A DNA stretch of 64,000 nucleotides from positions 1,030,916-1,094,915 of the forward strand of contig RHPI01001037.1 in NCBI GenBank assembly GCA_009103225.1, in the 5' to 3' direction. Every line of letters begins with the position of its first letter. The first letter of the stretch is position 1. The notes beneath the pieces are model-generated. The model was not told the DNA's origin and ran no database searches. It saw only the letters and a list, made by a program, of their open reading frames with translations. Below, in pieces: positions 24,450-36,294 of this stretch. The position numbers and the translations under genes are program-made. This stretch comes from Chlorokybus atmophyticus (taxonomy: Eukaryota > Plantae > Mesostigma and Chlorokybus algae).

Positions 24450-26656
24450 TCAAGTTGCTCTAACATTAACGAGGGCTGCCGCCACTTTGTCAAATGCCGC
24501 CACAAATGCCTCACGGTCAGCTGTCATCTGTTCTACCAATGCTGCTGTGGCCTTACTACTCTGAGCGGTTAACTCCGCCAGTAGTGAGCGACCCAACTCC
24601 TGATCCTCACGTACAAGGTCAATGAAGTTGTCAGCTGTAGCAGCTGCCTTCATTTTGCCCTTCTTCTTGTTGCCAGAGGCTGTTGTCACACCTTCACTCT
24701 GCTGCTCATCTGGTGAGCCCGAGTCCCATGGAGCTGCAGGATCAGCCGTATGACTGTCACCAAGAACCGACACCATCGCTTCATAGAGCTGCGGCACACG
24801 CCCACAGTCAGCACCTGTTACCCTCATGACATGCAACTGTTGCAACTAGAGCTCACCTCAAGGTCATTCAGCAGCAAGTGCTTCTGCCACCCATAGCCCT
24901 CCTTCATCTCAGGTGTGCACTCAAAATAGCTGGCTTTGCCGCTCTCGCCATGTAACCACGCAGCGTCATGTACTGTGCACGCAATTGCTGCCACCTGCAA
25001 GCGAAGCACGAATTAGACTTGCTTGCTGAGCCACATGCAGATCTACAAGTGTTGCTCACTTTTGCTTGCAAGACTCCGCGCTCCGACCCCAGCCAACTAG
25101 TTCAGGTTCATCACCCTCACAGCATTTCACCACCTCTTTCCAGCGCGTCTGAGCAGACTTGATTTTGGCCAGTGCACCACCCGCTTTGATGGCCTGGTCC
25201 ACATCATACCAACCACGCACAAGACTTATGATTTCATCAAGTGTCGAATCGGATTCACGGGCACGCTTGGTCTCATGGCTAGGGGCTGTGGCAGGCTGTT
25301 TTCTTTGGCGACCTACGCACAGTCATGTGAGCCACGACATCGCGCAGCACAGTCACCATCAGCCTGCGTGCATCAACACACGCACCTCTTTTCGGTGGTG
25401 CTTTGGGTTGCTGTTTGCCAGCAGCTGATGTTGCTGGCTAAGGAGTTGTTTGAGGATGAGCAGATGGGTCGGCACCATCTACTGATTGCGTTTGCTGACT
25501 ATCAAACCCAGCACCTCCTGCTGGCACTTGTGTTGATGGAGTTGGTTGTGTAGGCTGAGTTGGTTGTGTAGGCTGAGCTGGTTGGTCGACGTTGGGCGTG
25601 CTGGAGCTGGCCTGGTGCATGCGCCTCAGCCATTCCTGCCCATCGACAACAATATCTATTAATAAGTACAACAACTACTGCATGACAATGCACACATTTG
25701 CTTCGTGCTTGGGAGTGCACAGACACTGACGACAATGCAAGCAGCACCTGCGAGCTTACAAGCATGCGCAGTTGACAACTATGCAAGCAGCAGATGTGTG
25801 CACATGCATGCACATACGGACATGTCAATGCACGCATCAGCTGTGTGCTTAGAACTGAACAGACACTGACGACAATGCAAGCAGCACCTGCGAGCTTATT
25901 AGCATGCACAGTTGACAGCTATGCAAGCAGCAGATGCATGCACATGCATGCACATACAGACATGTCAATGCAAGCATCAGCTGCGTGCTTAGACCTGAAC
26001 AGACACTGACGACAATGCAAGCAGCACCTGCGTGCTTACAAGCATCATTTGCGTGTCAATGCACGCATCAGCTGCGTGCTTAGACCTGAACAGACACTGA
26101 CGACAATGCAAGCAGCACCTGCGTGCTTACAAGCATCAATTGCGTGCTTAAGACTGAACAGACACTGACAGTGGAAGCAGCACCCGCTTGCTTACAAGCA
26201 TGCACAGTTGTCGACAACTATGCAAGCAGCAGATGCATGCACATGCATGCACATTCGGACATGACAATGCACACATTAGCTGCGTGCTTAGGACTGAACA
26301 GACCCTGACGACAATGCAAGCAGCAGACGCGTGCACAGGCATGCACATTCGGACATGACAATGCAAGTTGCAGCTGCGTGCACAAGCATGCAGCAAGCAT
26401 TGTTTACAATGCAAGCAAAACACATGTGCTTGAGCATGCATAAGGAACCTACCTGCGTGCCAAATGAAGGCGCTGCATAGGAAGTGTATGGCACGGAAGG
26501 AGCATCTCCACCCAAGCCGTTGGGTGCTCCTGGCTGCTGCCGAAAACCAACCCCTGGTCAGACACCAGCCTGCGGCATCTGCAAGGGCGCCTGCCACCCC
26601 ATCCGACCACCGCCAGCATCCCCGCCGCCGCCGCCGCCGTCGCCCACACCCTCCAT
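24450..26656 (-). pseudogene. Harbinger Myb/SANT-like (trihelix) DNA-binding partner
   Basis: RWKEVVKCC...GWGRSAESCKQK|WQQLRAQY, then (frameshift) SGKASYFECT..., QLYEAMVSVLG. The 5' exons are approximate. Confidence 0.8.
25720..26400. repeat. ~140-bp minisatellite within the Myb gene intron
   Basis: GAC(A/C)CTGAC(GACAATGC)AAGCAGCA-like starts recur at ~25723, 25862, 26003, 26093, 26161 and 26301. Confidence 0.85.
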
Positions 26657-27159
26657 GCGCCCGCCGCCTACAACCAGGACGGCGGCGCCGAAGCAGTGTG
26701 GCGAAAGGCGGGGAGTCATGAATTGCGCGGGAAACCCTACTGATGAATTGTTCCCCCCCCGCCTAACTGTGCCTTTTAGGAGTGTTACGAAAATGGTACG
26801 AGGTTTTACTACCGCTCTCTAAAACCTAACCCTAAAACCGCGGCGCGTTCGCGTTTTAGGGCCATACGAGGTGTTACATGAGCCGCGGGCCCTAAAACTC
26901 GGGCCCTAAAACCTTGGTCCGTTGTGGCTCTGAATTAGGAGACACGCGCAGTGTGTGAAGTGTATTTTCGCCCGGCACGTACACCCCTCTCTGCCGTGTA
27001 TAGCGTATTGCACGCGCCATAGACAGGAGAGTGAGAGAGCAGTGCACAGAGACGAGTGCAGGGCGGCAGGCACGCATTGAGGGCGGCGGCGGCGGCGGCG
27101 GAAGAGCTGGACGAGTAGGAGTAGGACCAGAGCAGCAGGTTGGGAGGAGTGAGGCGCTG

Positions 27160-27870
27160 GATCACAGACAGCTGCGTGCAGGGATGAGTTTGCTGCACAG
27201 GTGCGTATGTGGCAGGCTCTGTCTTGCTCACTCCGCTGTGCGTTGCGCTGTGTGCATCTCACATCAGGTGAAATTGAAATGGTTTGTGCACTGCACACAA
27301 CCTGTGTGGTAATGCACACCTGAGCGCGCACCTCCCACAATGCAGTGCCTCTTGTCACGTGTGTCCTCACCAGATGTCTCTTGCACTCTTGGCCGGTCCC
27401 TGTATGGTACACTTGGCTCCCAGATCACTACATATACACAATATAGAGTGGATCTACACACAGGATGATGTACGCTATGTAATGACGTGTGCATGGATGC
27501 AGGTGAGAGATCACACGTGTGTGTGGCGGCGTGCGTGCCTGTGAGCACGGAGCACGGAGGGAGAAGTGTGGCGCTGGAGGCTGGAGCACAGACAGCTGCG
27601 TGCGGGGATCAGCTTTCTGCACAGGTGCGTGTGTGGCACGCTCGGTGCTGCTCACTCAGCTGTGCATTACGTTGTGTACATCCCCCGTCAGTTCACACCA
27701 GTCTGAGATGGTGTATGCACTGCACACGACCTGTGTGGCAATGCACACGTGTGTATCCTCACCAGATGTCTCTTGCATCCTTCTTAGCCGGTCCCTGTAA
27801 GGTTCAGCTAGGGCCCAAGATCACTCTGCTGTGTAGAGATGTGTTTGATACAGCATGGATGCAGGTGAGA
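27160..27870. repeat. Diverged ~300-bp direct duplication upstream of WRKY
   Basis: CACAGACAGCTGCGTGC.GGGAT.AG...GCACTGCACAC.ACCTGTGTGG.AATGCACAC...CCTCACCAGATGTCTCTTGCA...GCCGGTCCCTGTA at ~27163 and ~27587. Confidence 0.8.
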
Positions 27871-27940
27871 TCCCGCTGTGTAGCGTGGTGGTGTGCATAC
27901 GTAAGCAAGGAGCGCTGTGCGGCCGCGTGGCCGCCAGCGA

Positions 27941-30900
27941 ATGGCTGGGGGAGGTGTTGTGACGAACGACACCACTGCCGCCATCATCAACCACAACCCC
28001 AACGATCCCAACAACAACCACATCACCGTCATCAGCGATGGCGGCGCGAACGAGGTGGACGTGCTGTCTCTCCCGCCGCCTTCGTCCTCCCGACACAGCA
28101 GCAGTCACTGGATGGATGCGGCCGTGAGGGCCGCAAAGACACACGCAGAGAGCTGCGGCCTCACCGACACCACGCGAACCAACACCAACACCAACACCAA
28201 CGCTACCGACACCTCCGATACCACAGCTCCTGATAACAGCGGCAGCCTGTGGGAGAAGCGCAAGCTGCTGCAGATCAGAACCGCCAATGCAGCACCGAGC
28301 CAGCCCGATGCAAACGAGCTGCAGGTAGTTGAAGGACGACCTGTGAACATGTGGATGTGTGTCCGAGTGACAGGCTGATGTTGATGTGTGTGTTGTACCA
28401 GGTTGAGACCCCTGTTGTGTCGGAGTCACGTGGTGTTGTTACAGCAGCCACGGCGGTGGCAGCGGCAGAGCGCACGTTGTCTTCGGGTGGTGGTGCGGGT
28501 CCGAGCGTAGCCAAGGCGTTTCTCGCGCGGCGTATGGGGATGGGATCTGCTCTAAAGCCTCCCGCGCGCCTCTCACTCACGCACAACACCGCGCCTACGA
28601 CCGCCGCCACTGCCGCTGCTGTGGGCAATGCCAACAGTCAGAACCACCACGGTGGCCACAATCACCACAAACACGCAAGTGCAGCACCATCCATCAGCTC
28701 GCTCGCAGCATTGCTGGAGTCACCTGTGCTGATGCCATCACACGAGGTGAGTGTTGCAACATTGTTGTTGCAACGTATACACCCACACACGCGCACGCAC
28801 GCGCGCACACATGCACATGCACACACACACACGCTGGCACACACACACATAACGACCCACGCACACGCAGCTTTACGCTGGCATGTGCTTTGCACAGGCG
28901 GAGCCATCGCCCACCACGGGCACATTCTCCCTGCCCTTGGGAGTGATTACACACACACACATAAAGAAGAAGTCGTCCTCATCGAAGCTCGACTCTACCC
29001 TCGCCGTGCGCAAGACCATCGCGAAGGCCATGCTCGCAAAGTCTTCCGTGCCAGCGAGGATGTCACCGTTGTCGCTGCCTGTGAGTTGTTGTTGATGTTG
29101 TTGTTGTTGCAAGTGCTGCAAGGGACTTGCACATGCTGATGTTGGTATGTTTGTGTGCTCACAGGAGAAGGCGGCAGTTGTTACGGCCACGGATGTGATC
29201 GCAGACGACGGGTACAATTGGCGCAAGTACGGGCAGAAGCACGTGAAGGGCACCGCCACGCCACGAAGCTACTACAAGTGCACGCACCCGTCCTGCCCCG
29301 TCAAAAAGAAGGCAAGCAATTGCAGACACACTATAGACAACATTACCAAAACCACCAACCACCACCACCACCACCACCAACAAGAGAAGAACATGCACTT
29401 ACACAGGTGGAGAGGTCGATGGCCGGGATAGTGTTGGGTTGCACATACAAGGGTTCGCACCTGCACGCCCCACCTAAGCATCGCCAGAAGCCCGCCGAGG
29501 GTGTCAATAAAAACAACAACAGCGCTGCGGGCGACACGTCGTCGAGTGTGTCCACGCAGGGGGGGGACGACGTGAGCGAGGCTTCCGGCGACACCCTGCG
29601 AGAGGACGTCGAGGAGGAGCAGGAGGAGGAGGTGGTTGTGCCTGAAAACAACAGCAACATCCCCAACGTTGAGGAGGAGTGCGTCACCACGCCGGCGGGA
29701 TGGCGCGCCCTCGTGAGCCAGGTGAAGGCTGAGGCAGATCACACAACTGCTAACGCCGCGCACGTTGCATCCAGCATGATGGCTGTCGTCATCGACCATG
29801 ACAGCGAGTTGCCCTCCCCGCTGAACAACTTCCACCCCGACATGATGATGTTCGGCCTGTCGTCCACCCCGACGGGACTGACCCCGCCGCCGATGGGGGC
29901 GGCGTGGACACCCACACTGGAGTTCGCCTTCAGCCCCGACGCACTCAGCGCCCTGTACAAAATAGGCCAGTTCGAGGCGTTCTTGGAGTCACCTCGACCC
30001 ATGCAAACAATCAATCACAACCACAACCACTTCAGCACTGCCGACAACATGCACGCGCAGCAGCACAGCACGGGTCAGCCTCTGAGGGTCAAGATTGCCG
30101 AGGGCGGGGCGCCTATTGTTATTCATCCACCCGCCCAGAGCAGCCGCGTCAACATCTTGCACGACGAGTTCCCGCCCGTCACGCCGCAGAAGCTGCACGA
30201 ACCCTACACGAACACGCCCTTCAGACCGATCATCGCGATGCAGCGGTCGTCCAGCACGGAGATCGATGTGGTAGTGGAGGGACCACCTCCAGCAAAGAAA
30301 AGGTCTGGTTGTAGAGAAACAACTCTTGCATGACGCACTTTCCTGTAGCAATAACACACACATGTGCGCGTGCACACGCACAACTAACACGCTCATTGAC
30401 ACGCACACCTGCACACACCTGCACGCACGCGTACATATACGTGTGATATATGTAGCAGGCGAAGCAGTGACATATCGAGTGCGAGCCTTGAGCAGCAGCT
30501 TCATCGGCCGCACACGGGTCAGTCCTCGTCATCCACGGCGACAGCGGCGGTGGTGGCGGCGGCTGCCAATGCTGCCGCGAGTGCTGCTGCAGCTGCTGCC
30601 GCTGCCGCAGCAGCAGCTAGCGCCTCTCAACAGGCGCCTGGCTCGGGCACGGGTGGCGCACGTGAGCCGCGTCTTATCCTTCGCACCAACACGGAGGTGG
30701 AGGTCCTGGACGACGGGTACCGGTGGCGCAAGTACGGTCAGAAGATGGTGAAGGGCAACCCATTCCCGCGGAGCTACTACAAGTGCACGGCGACGGGGTG
30801 TCCCGTCCGCAAGCACGTCGAGCGCGACTCCACGGACCCCAAGTTCCTCGTGTCCACGTACGAGGGAGCGCACACGCACGGACCACCCGCACAGAGCAAC

Positions 30901-31555
30901 CCGAGGCCCATCACCGTGTCAGCCCCACCCCCCGCAACCACACTATCATCAGCCGTCCCACAGCCGAGCCACGTGCGCATACCGCACACGCCACCTCAGC
31001 ACGCTCAGCACAGGCCGCAGACCCTCACACCGGCCAGGCCATCACAAGCACAACAGCAGCAGCAGCAGCAGCAACAACAACAACAACAACAGCAGCAGCA
31101 GCAGCAGCAGTTACGACAACTTCAGCAGCAGCAGCGCGACGATGCCATGGAGCAACAACAGCAGCAGCAGCAGCATAGGTTCAGACCTGATGCCACCAGT
31201 GCAGGCGGCGCCACCGTTTCGACCAATGTTGCAGGATTGACGCCAGCCGTGTCATCACTGACTGAAAGGGGCAATGACCGAGACAAGGGCCCTGCTGCGT
31301 GTGACGGAAGCCTGCCGGCGTGTTTGAGGGTGAGCACAGCACATAGAATGTTGCACCAACACCACCTCACGTGGCAACGTTGCATCCCGACACTAACAGT
31401 GGACAACTTTACCGATGCAGGGCCCCACAGAGATTGTGAGTCCGATGGGCGGGATGGGTGCGTTTGGCATCGATTTCCAGTTGTCCCCGTCGGAGCCCTT
31501 CCTGCTGACCTCGCCGTCTGTGCTGTTGAGAAAGTTCAACTTCCGCCCGTTTTAG
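27941..31555 (+). CDS. WRKY: Group I WRKY transcription factor (two WRKYGQK domains, C2H2 fingers), multi-exon, poly-Q/poly-A tracts
   Basis: [33 protein letters not shown]|VERS...YKGSHLH and [39 protein letters not shown]...YEGAHTH. Start and last exon inferred. Confidence 0.93.
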
Positions 31556-32085
31556 GCGTTACAACGCATCCACACATATTGCAAGCAAGCACCCGCGCGT
31601 GTGCGTGGCCAGTCAGTCATGTCTGCGCACGCAAGTTGATACTGCTGTACTTTAAATGCAGCTTAGACGTGTAATGTAACTCGGTTATAGAGAGGGGAGC
31701 ACGCTAGTGCAGTGAAGGGTAACAACATAGAGTGTGGTAAGGTGTAACACGCGCAGTGCAAGGTGTACCGTATTGAGACGCGGGCCTTACCTTACACGGG
31801 GTTGGCAGTCCATGCCTACTTTTACAATAGTAGGCGAAGAGGCTACCTGGTCTAGGCAGAAGCGTCCATTGATAATGCAAACTCTCTGGGGATGATAATC
31901 CCCAAGTGTCTGTGAACTGTCGTGACGCAATCTGTCGTGCCGACCCGAGTATAGTGCGCATACGACAGCAGTAAAACCAACCTGCACACACGTTCGACAC
32001 ACCACAACAAACAACACGCACGACATGCACAAAGCGCCAATCCAGCAGAGAACAGTACAAAAGGTCGTATAAGTCAGCATGATTG

Positions 32086-33490
32086 CTACAAGTCCGCCCT
32101 GTCTGCGTCATCCTCAGTCTCAACAGAATCGACATCAACATCAACATTATCACCGTCAATGTCCACATCCACATCGACATCAATACCGTCGTCGTCGTCC
32201 CTATACTCCGCTTTGGAGAAGTCCCCGCGCGCGCTTGGATCGGATGCGTGATCACTCGTATCGCCCCTATGCAGGATATCCTCAACCCCACCCTCACCCT
32301 CGCCTTTGCTGGCAAGCTGCAGCGGGTTCCACTCGAACCATTTTTGCAGCGAGTTGGTCATGCGGCCCCTGAACGCTGAGCGCTGGGCTTCGGTGGGGCC
32401 ATGGTAGCGCAGGACCAGCACGAGGGCGACGATGGTCACAAGCACCAGCGCGCGCGAGGCCAGCGAGGGCGGTGGGTCAACATTATTGGTGTCGCCACTC
32501 TCGGCGCTGGTAGCTGTTGTTGTTTTAGTGTCTTTGCTGCTTTTGCTGCCACCGTTGCTGCCGCCCTCGTAACCGATGATCGGCTGAAACGCCTCCAGTA
32601 TGGTCGCATCCTCCGCAAAGAGGTTGGGAAACATCCACAAGCGCTTGCCGAGAAGAGTCCAGATGGCCAGAAATACCAGCCAGCGCACTGCACAACAAGA
32701 CAACGAGGAAAACATTTATTTCAACATTGCCTACGTATGAACAAAACGCTGACAACAACAGCAGCAGCAACCACGGCCATAACAGCAGCTTGCCTGCGCA
32801 GAAGCCGACGATGAGGGTGAGAAAGGTGAGGCAGAAGTAGAGTACGCATAGCTTGGCCCATATGGGAAAGATGGGGAATAGGCAGCACCCGATGGTGACA
32901 GCTGGGAGGCCGGCCACGGCGAGGGCATGCCAGATGGAGTGCGGGCGGTTGTACGAGAACGCAAAGAAGCCTTCCTCGCAGAATGTCTGCACCGGGTATG
33001 GCACCAGCCTGTACGGCCACTTGGACAGCTTCTTCCTCCCGGGCTTGATCGCATGCGAGTAGCGATCGCAACGCACAATGAAGCCATTATCAATCAACCG
33101 CGTGCCCACCGCGTCCGCAGTCAATGGCGTTGCTACTGCAGGCTGCTGCTTGTTGTAACCCGCTGTTACCTTAGCCAACCTCTCAGGATGCTCCTGCGCA
33201 AACCTGTAGAAATCCTTCCCCCGAAAGTACTCCACGCTGCCACAGACAACACTTTCTCAACCACGTTACCATACACAAGTCCACACACACCCATATGCAA
33301 GCTTAATCAAGTAACCAATGTGACATGTGAATGGTGTATGTGGCAGCTTGCGTAATGCATGCATACCGGCTTTCTCGCAGCAGCCCCGTGCGGTATTCAA
33401 TGCCGTGGCGGCCACGTACATCCTCGCAGAAGCGCGTGAGGGCGTCCAGTTCAGCATCCGCCGCGCGGTCCTTGTCCTGGTTGTTGTCAA
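32086..33490 (-). CDS. SEC62: Translocation protein Sec62 (5' end unresolved)
   Basis: LRESR|VEYFRGKDF; FFAFSY..P; TIGCCLFPIFP...; LWMFPNLFAEDAT; two TM segments and an acidic tail. Confidence 0.85.
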
Positions 33491-36294
33491 TGTGACTCGG
33501 GGTTAGCACGCAGCTGTGCATGCCACATGCTTCACACTGCATGAATCGGCTATGCGAATAGAAGCCACTTCTGCTGAGCGCTAGTTGATTTGCCCATGCA
33601 GATTGTTGAAGTGTTCAGGTAACTCTGCAGCAGTTTGCAGCAAGCATACATATACTGGCGCATGCAAAACCATGGCACATCATGGTACAGATCAACAGTG
33701 ACAGCAGCGAAGCGCAGCAGAAAAGCCCATGCTAGTATGTAAGCATGGTGACTCGCTGGTACAGCGCATGGCGGTTCTTCAACACATAACAAGCAAAGGC
33801 CAACCGCGGAACATCATGCTACATGACGCGTTTGCACTCCAGCAACTGGCCGGTCACATATCAAAGGCAACCGTTAGAAATGACATTACGCAGTCCGTCG
33901 GGCTTAGACAGACAAGCCGATGCACACACCGTCCAGCAAGCTACTGCTCAATGCGTGTATACATGTGCATGAATGGCAATGCTCAGCTTGTGTTGCACGA
34001 AAGCTTAACGAAAACGGCGGAGCGTAAACGTCGAACCCTACCTGCTTGCCGCGCTTCATTCTGTCCCCAAGCTGCTTGCCGCAAAGCTAGCAGAAGGCCT
34101 GACGCTGACCTGCCGTTTTGCTGCTTCTAGCAGCTACCTTCCTAGCATACACACCCTCTTTTCCACCAAGGCTTAAGCCCAGCCGCCGCTCTGCCAATCT
34201 CTCTCGCCGCCGCCTTCCACGCTGGCACAACCCAACGGCAGGTGCTGAAGCGCCAGTGGCACAGATTCCACATGTTCAATGCGTTGCATTAGGCAAAATC
34301 TATAGTCTTGCCTCGTTGTTGTGCTGCTTTAAGAACACTTAAACAACCTCCGTGTAAGTACACATTTACCAAAGGGCATTGGAAACTCCAATGCCCTTTG
34401 GTAAATAGACATTTCAATTTGGAATGTCCCTCTTGCCCCCCTTTGCGCTTTAAAGAAATATTTTAAAGTACACGTTTGATTGGATGTCGACAACGCTTTG
34501 TCAATATACATAATGTTTTCCTATACTTTACGCAACAAGTTGTTTGACATATAGCCTTTGGTGTGCGTACTATGATGTATACATATAGAAAGTATACATA
34601 CACATAATCGGTTAACGTTCACTATAAGTGCATGACAACATGTGTAACGAGGCATGCATCTGAATGGAAATCATTGTCGATTTTGATAATTATAATATAT
34701 GATGACATGCGTTGTAATGGACGACGTTATTACATCGAATACACTGTAACGCCTATAAGGCTGGCAAAAGTCATTCTCTGTTCCTTATGTTAGTAAGAAG
34801 GACCAAGTGGAGATTCCGGTTGTCACGTGGTGTAGTGCTTGGCAGCTGTGTTCATGCGGTCGTGTTCATGTCTTTTTAATAATCATGGGCACAGTACTAT
34901 ACAAGGAATTGATGCGAGGCTAGCACAGAGCTGGTCAATGCCTATGGCATGTGAGCCTTTGTTATTGCAAGTAGTGCGAGTTACCACATGAAGTGGCAGT
35001 TACAAGGTTGTGAGCCAAGTTGGCAAACAACACGATCTGCTTTTTGGTAGTGCAATTTGCCACGATGTGACCATCGCAAGGCAAGTGGTGCCTGTGGGCA
35101 ATCCGCAGGTACATATGTACTAAAAGAGCTTGAGTTTGGGATTCCGAAGTAGGATCGTTGTTCCTATGAGTATCCGAGGTGTTTGATACTCCCGAGGTGG
35201 AGTTTGTTGGTTTTGATGTTGGACAAAGGTCAGCGCATAGTGACAAGGTCTTGGTGGCCTTGGACATCCTGTGTGCCAGGTCGGGAGAGCAGCATGTGGT
35301 ATAAATGCTAAGTTACATCTTTGAGTAGGGATTGGCTCGGTGTTGATCAAGACATCGGAGTGTGTTCGCCTTACAAGAGGGCCACTTGTGCGTGGGGTGC
35401 CTGATTGTTAGCTGTTGAAGGGGCTCTCCCTCTCATCCCTTGTGGGATGTGGTGTTGTATGTGTGTGTGTATGAGTGTGGGTGTGCCTGGGGCTAGAGCT
35501 GTGTGGAGAGGTTGGTGGTCGTCCTCTTGGTCCTGGGTGCGCTGCTGCAACTTCCCCTGCGCCGTGGTGCTGGTGGGACTTCTTGTAAAGCATTAGGGCT
35601 TGTGCACAAGTTTAGCAAGCCCCGACCAGCAAGAAAGTAGTGGATCGTTACACATACACTGTACATCAAGGTAGTCAACATATGTACATTAAGGTAGGCT
35701 CGTGTAATACCTTTGATAACGAGTCAAAGCGTGTATATGTGTATGATTCCTGTTAATGAAAATGCAGTGTAGGGCAAGCTATAGGGTAAGGTTCTAAGAG
35801 AACATTAAGAAATGCAATAACTTTGTGGGCCATGAAGTCAACCATCTCAATGCAACTGTGTTAGTTCAACCGTTAAACTTGTGGCTTGATCAATTGTTGC
35901 ATGCAGAATAAATGCATTGCGAATACACAAAAGGTCATATGTACATCTTGCTAGCGAACAATACTATACAACAAGTATGAAGCTGTTGCGTCTTTGGTTG
36001 CATTTTTACCATATGTATATTTGTATAGGTGTTGTTCGACACGTGGTGCCATTGCTTGGGAATCAACGCACAAGGTTGTTACAATTGAAGGTTGTATGAT
36101 AAACAGCACAATGCTCCAACCAACACCCCACACAGATAACTTCCTAGTGATTGACCGATGCATCTAATAATAATGTGTACAAAAGAACGTTGAGGGTATT
36201 GTGCGCAAGCGCAGTCTGCATGTGCGTGGGACAATTGTGTGCGCGCAATCATTGTTGCTTAACCCGGAGATGCAACGCAATCACCACACAACAC

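Larger units (their letters stand above)
21654..26930. mobile_element. Complete PIF/Harbinger DNA transposon (5277 bp)
   Basis: 42-bp TIRs GAGCCA..ACGGACCAAGGTTTT.GGGCCCGAGTTTTAGGGC match at 39/42 (21654-21695 and 26889-26930). 3-bp target duplication TGA at 21651-21653 and 26931-26933. Convergent transposase and Myb/SANT genes lie inside. Confidence 0.95.

Noticed and set aside
25500-27800. Numerous overlapping Cys/His/Ala-rich ORFs in the ORF track (also in host introns elsewhere)
   Set aside because: They come from TGCA/CACA-rich intronic repeats or antisense to real exons.
34960-35600. Possible gag/zinc-knuckle remnant (CDGHIVANC) between SEC62 and DDX55
   Set aside because: Incomplete CCHC spacing, with no RT or integrase signal nearby.
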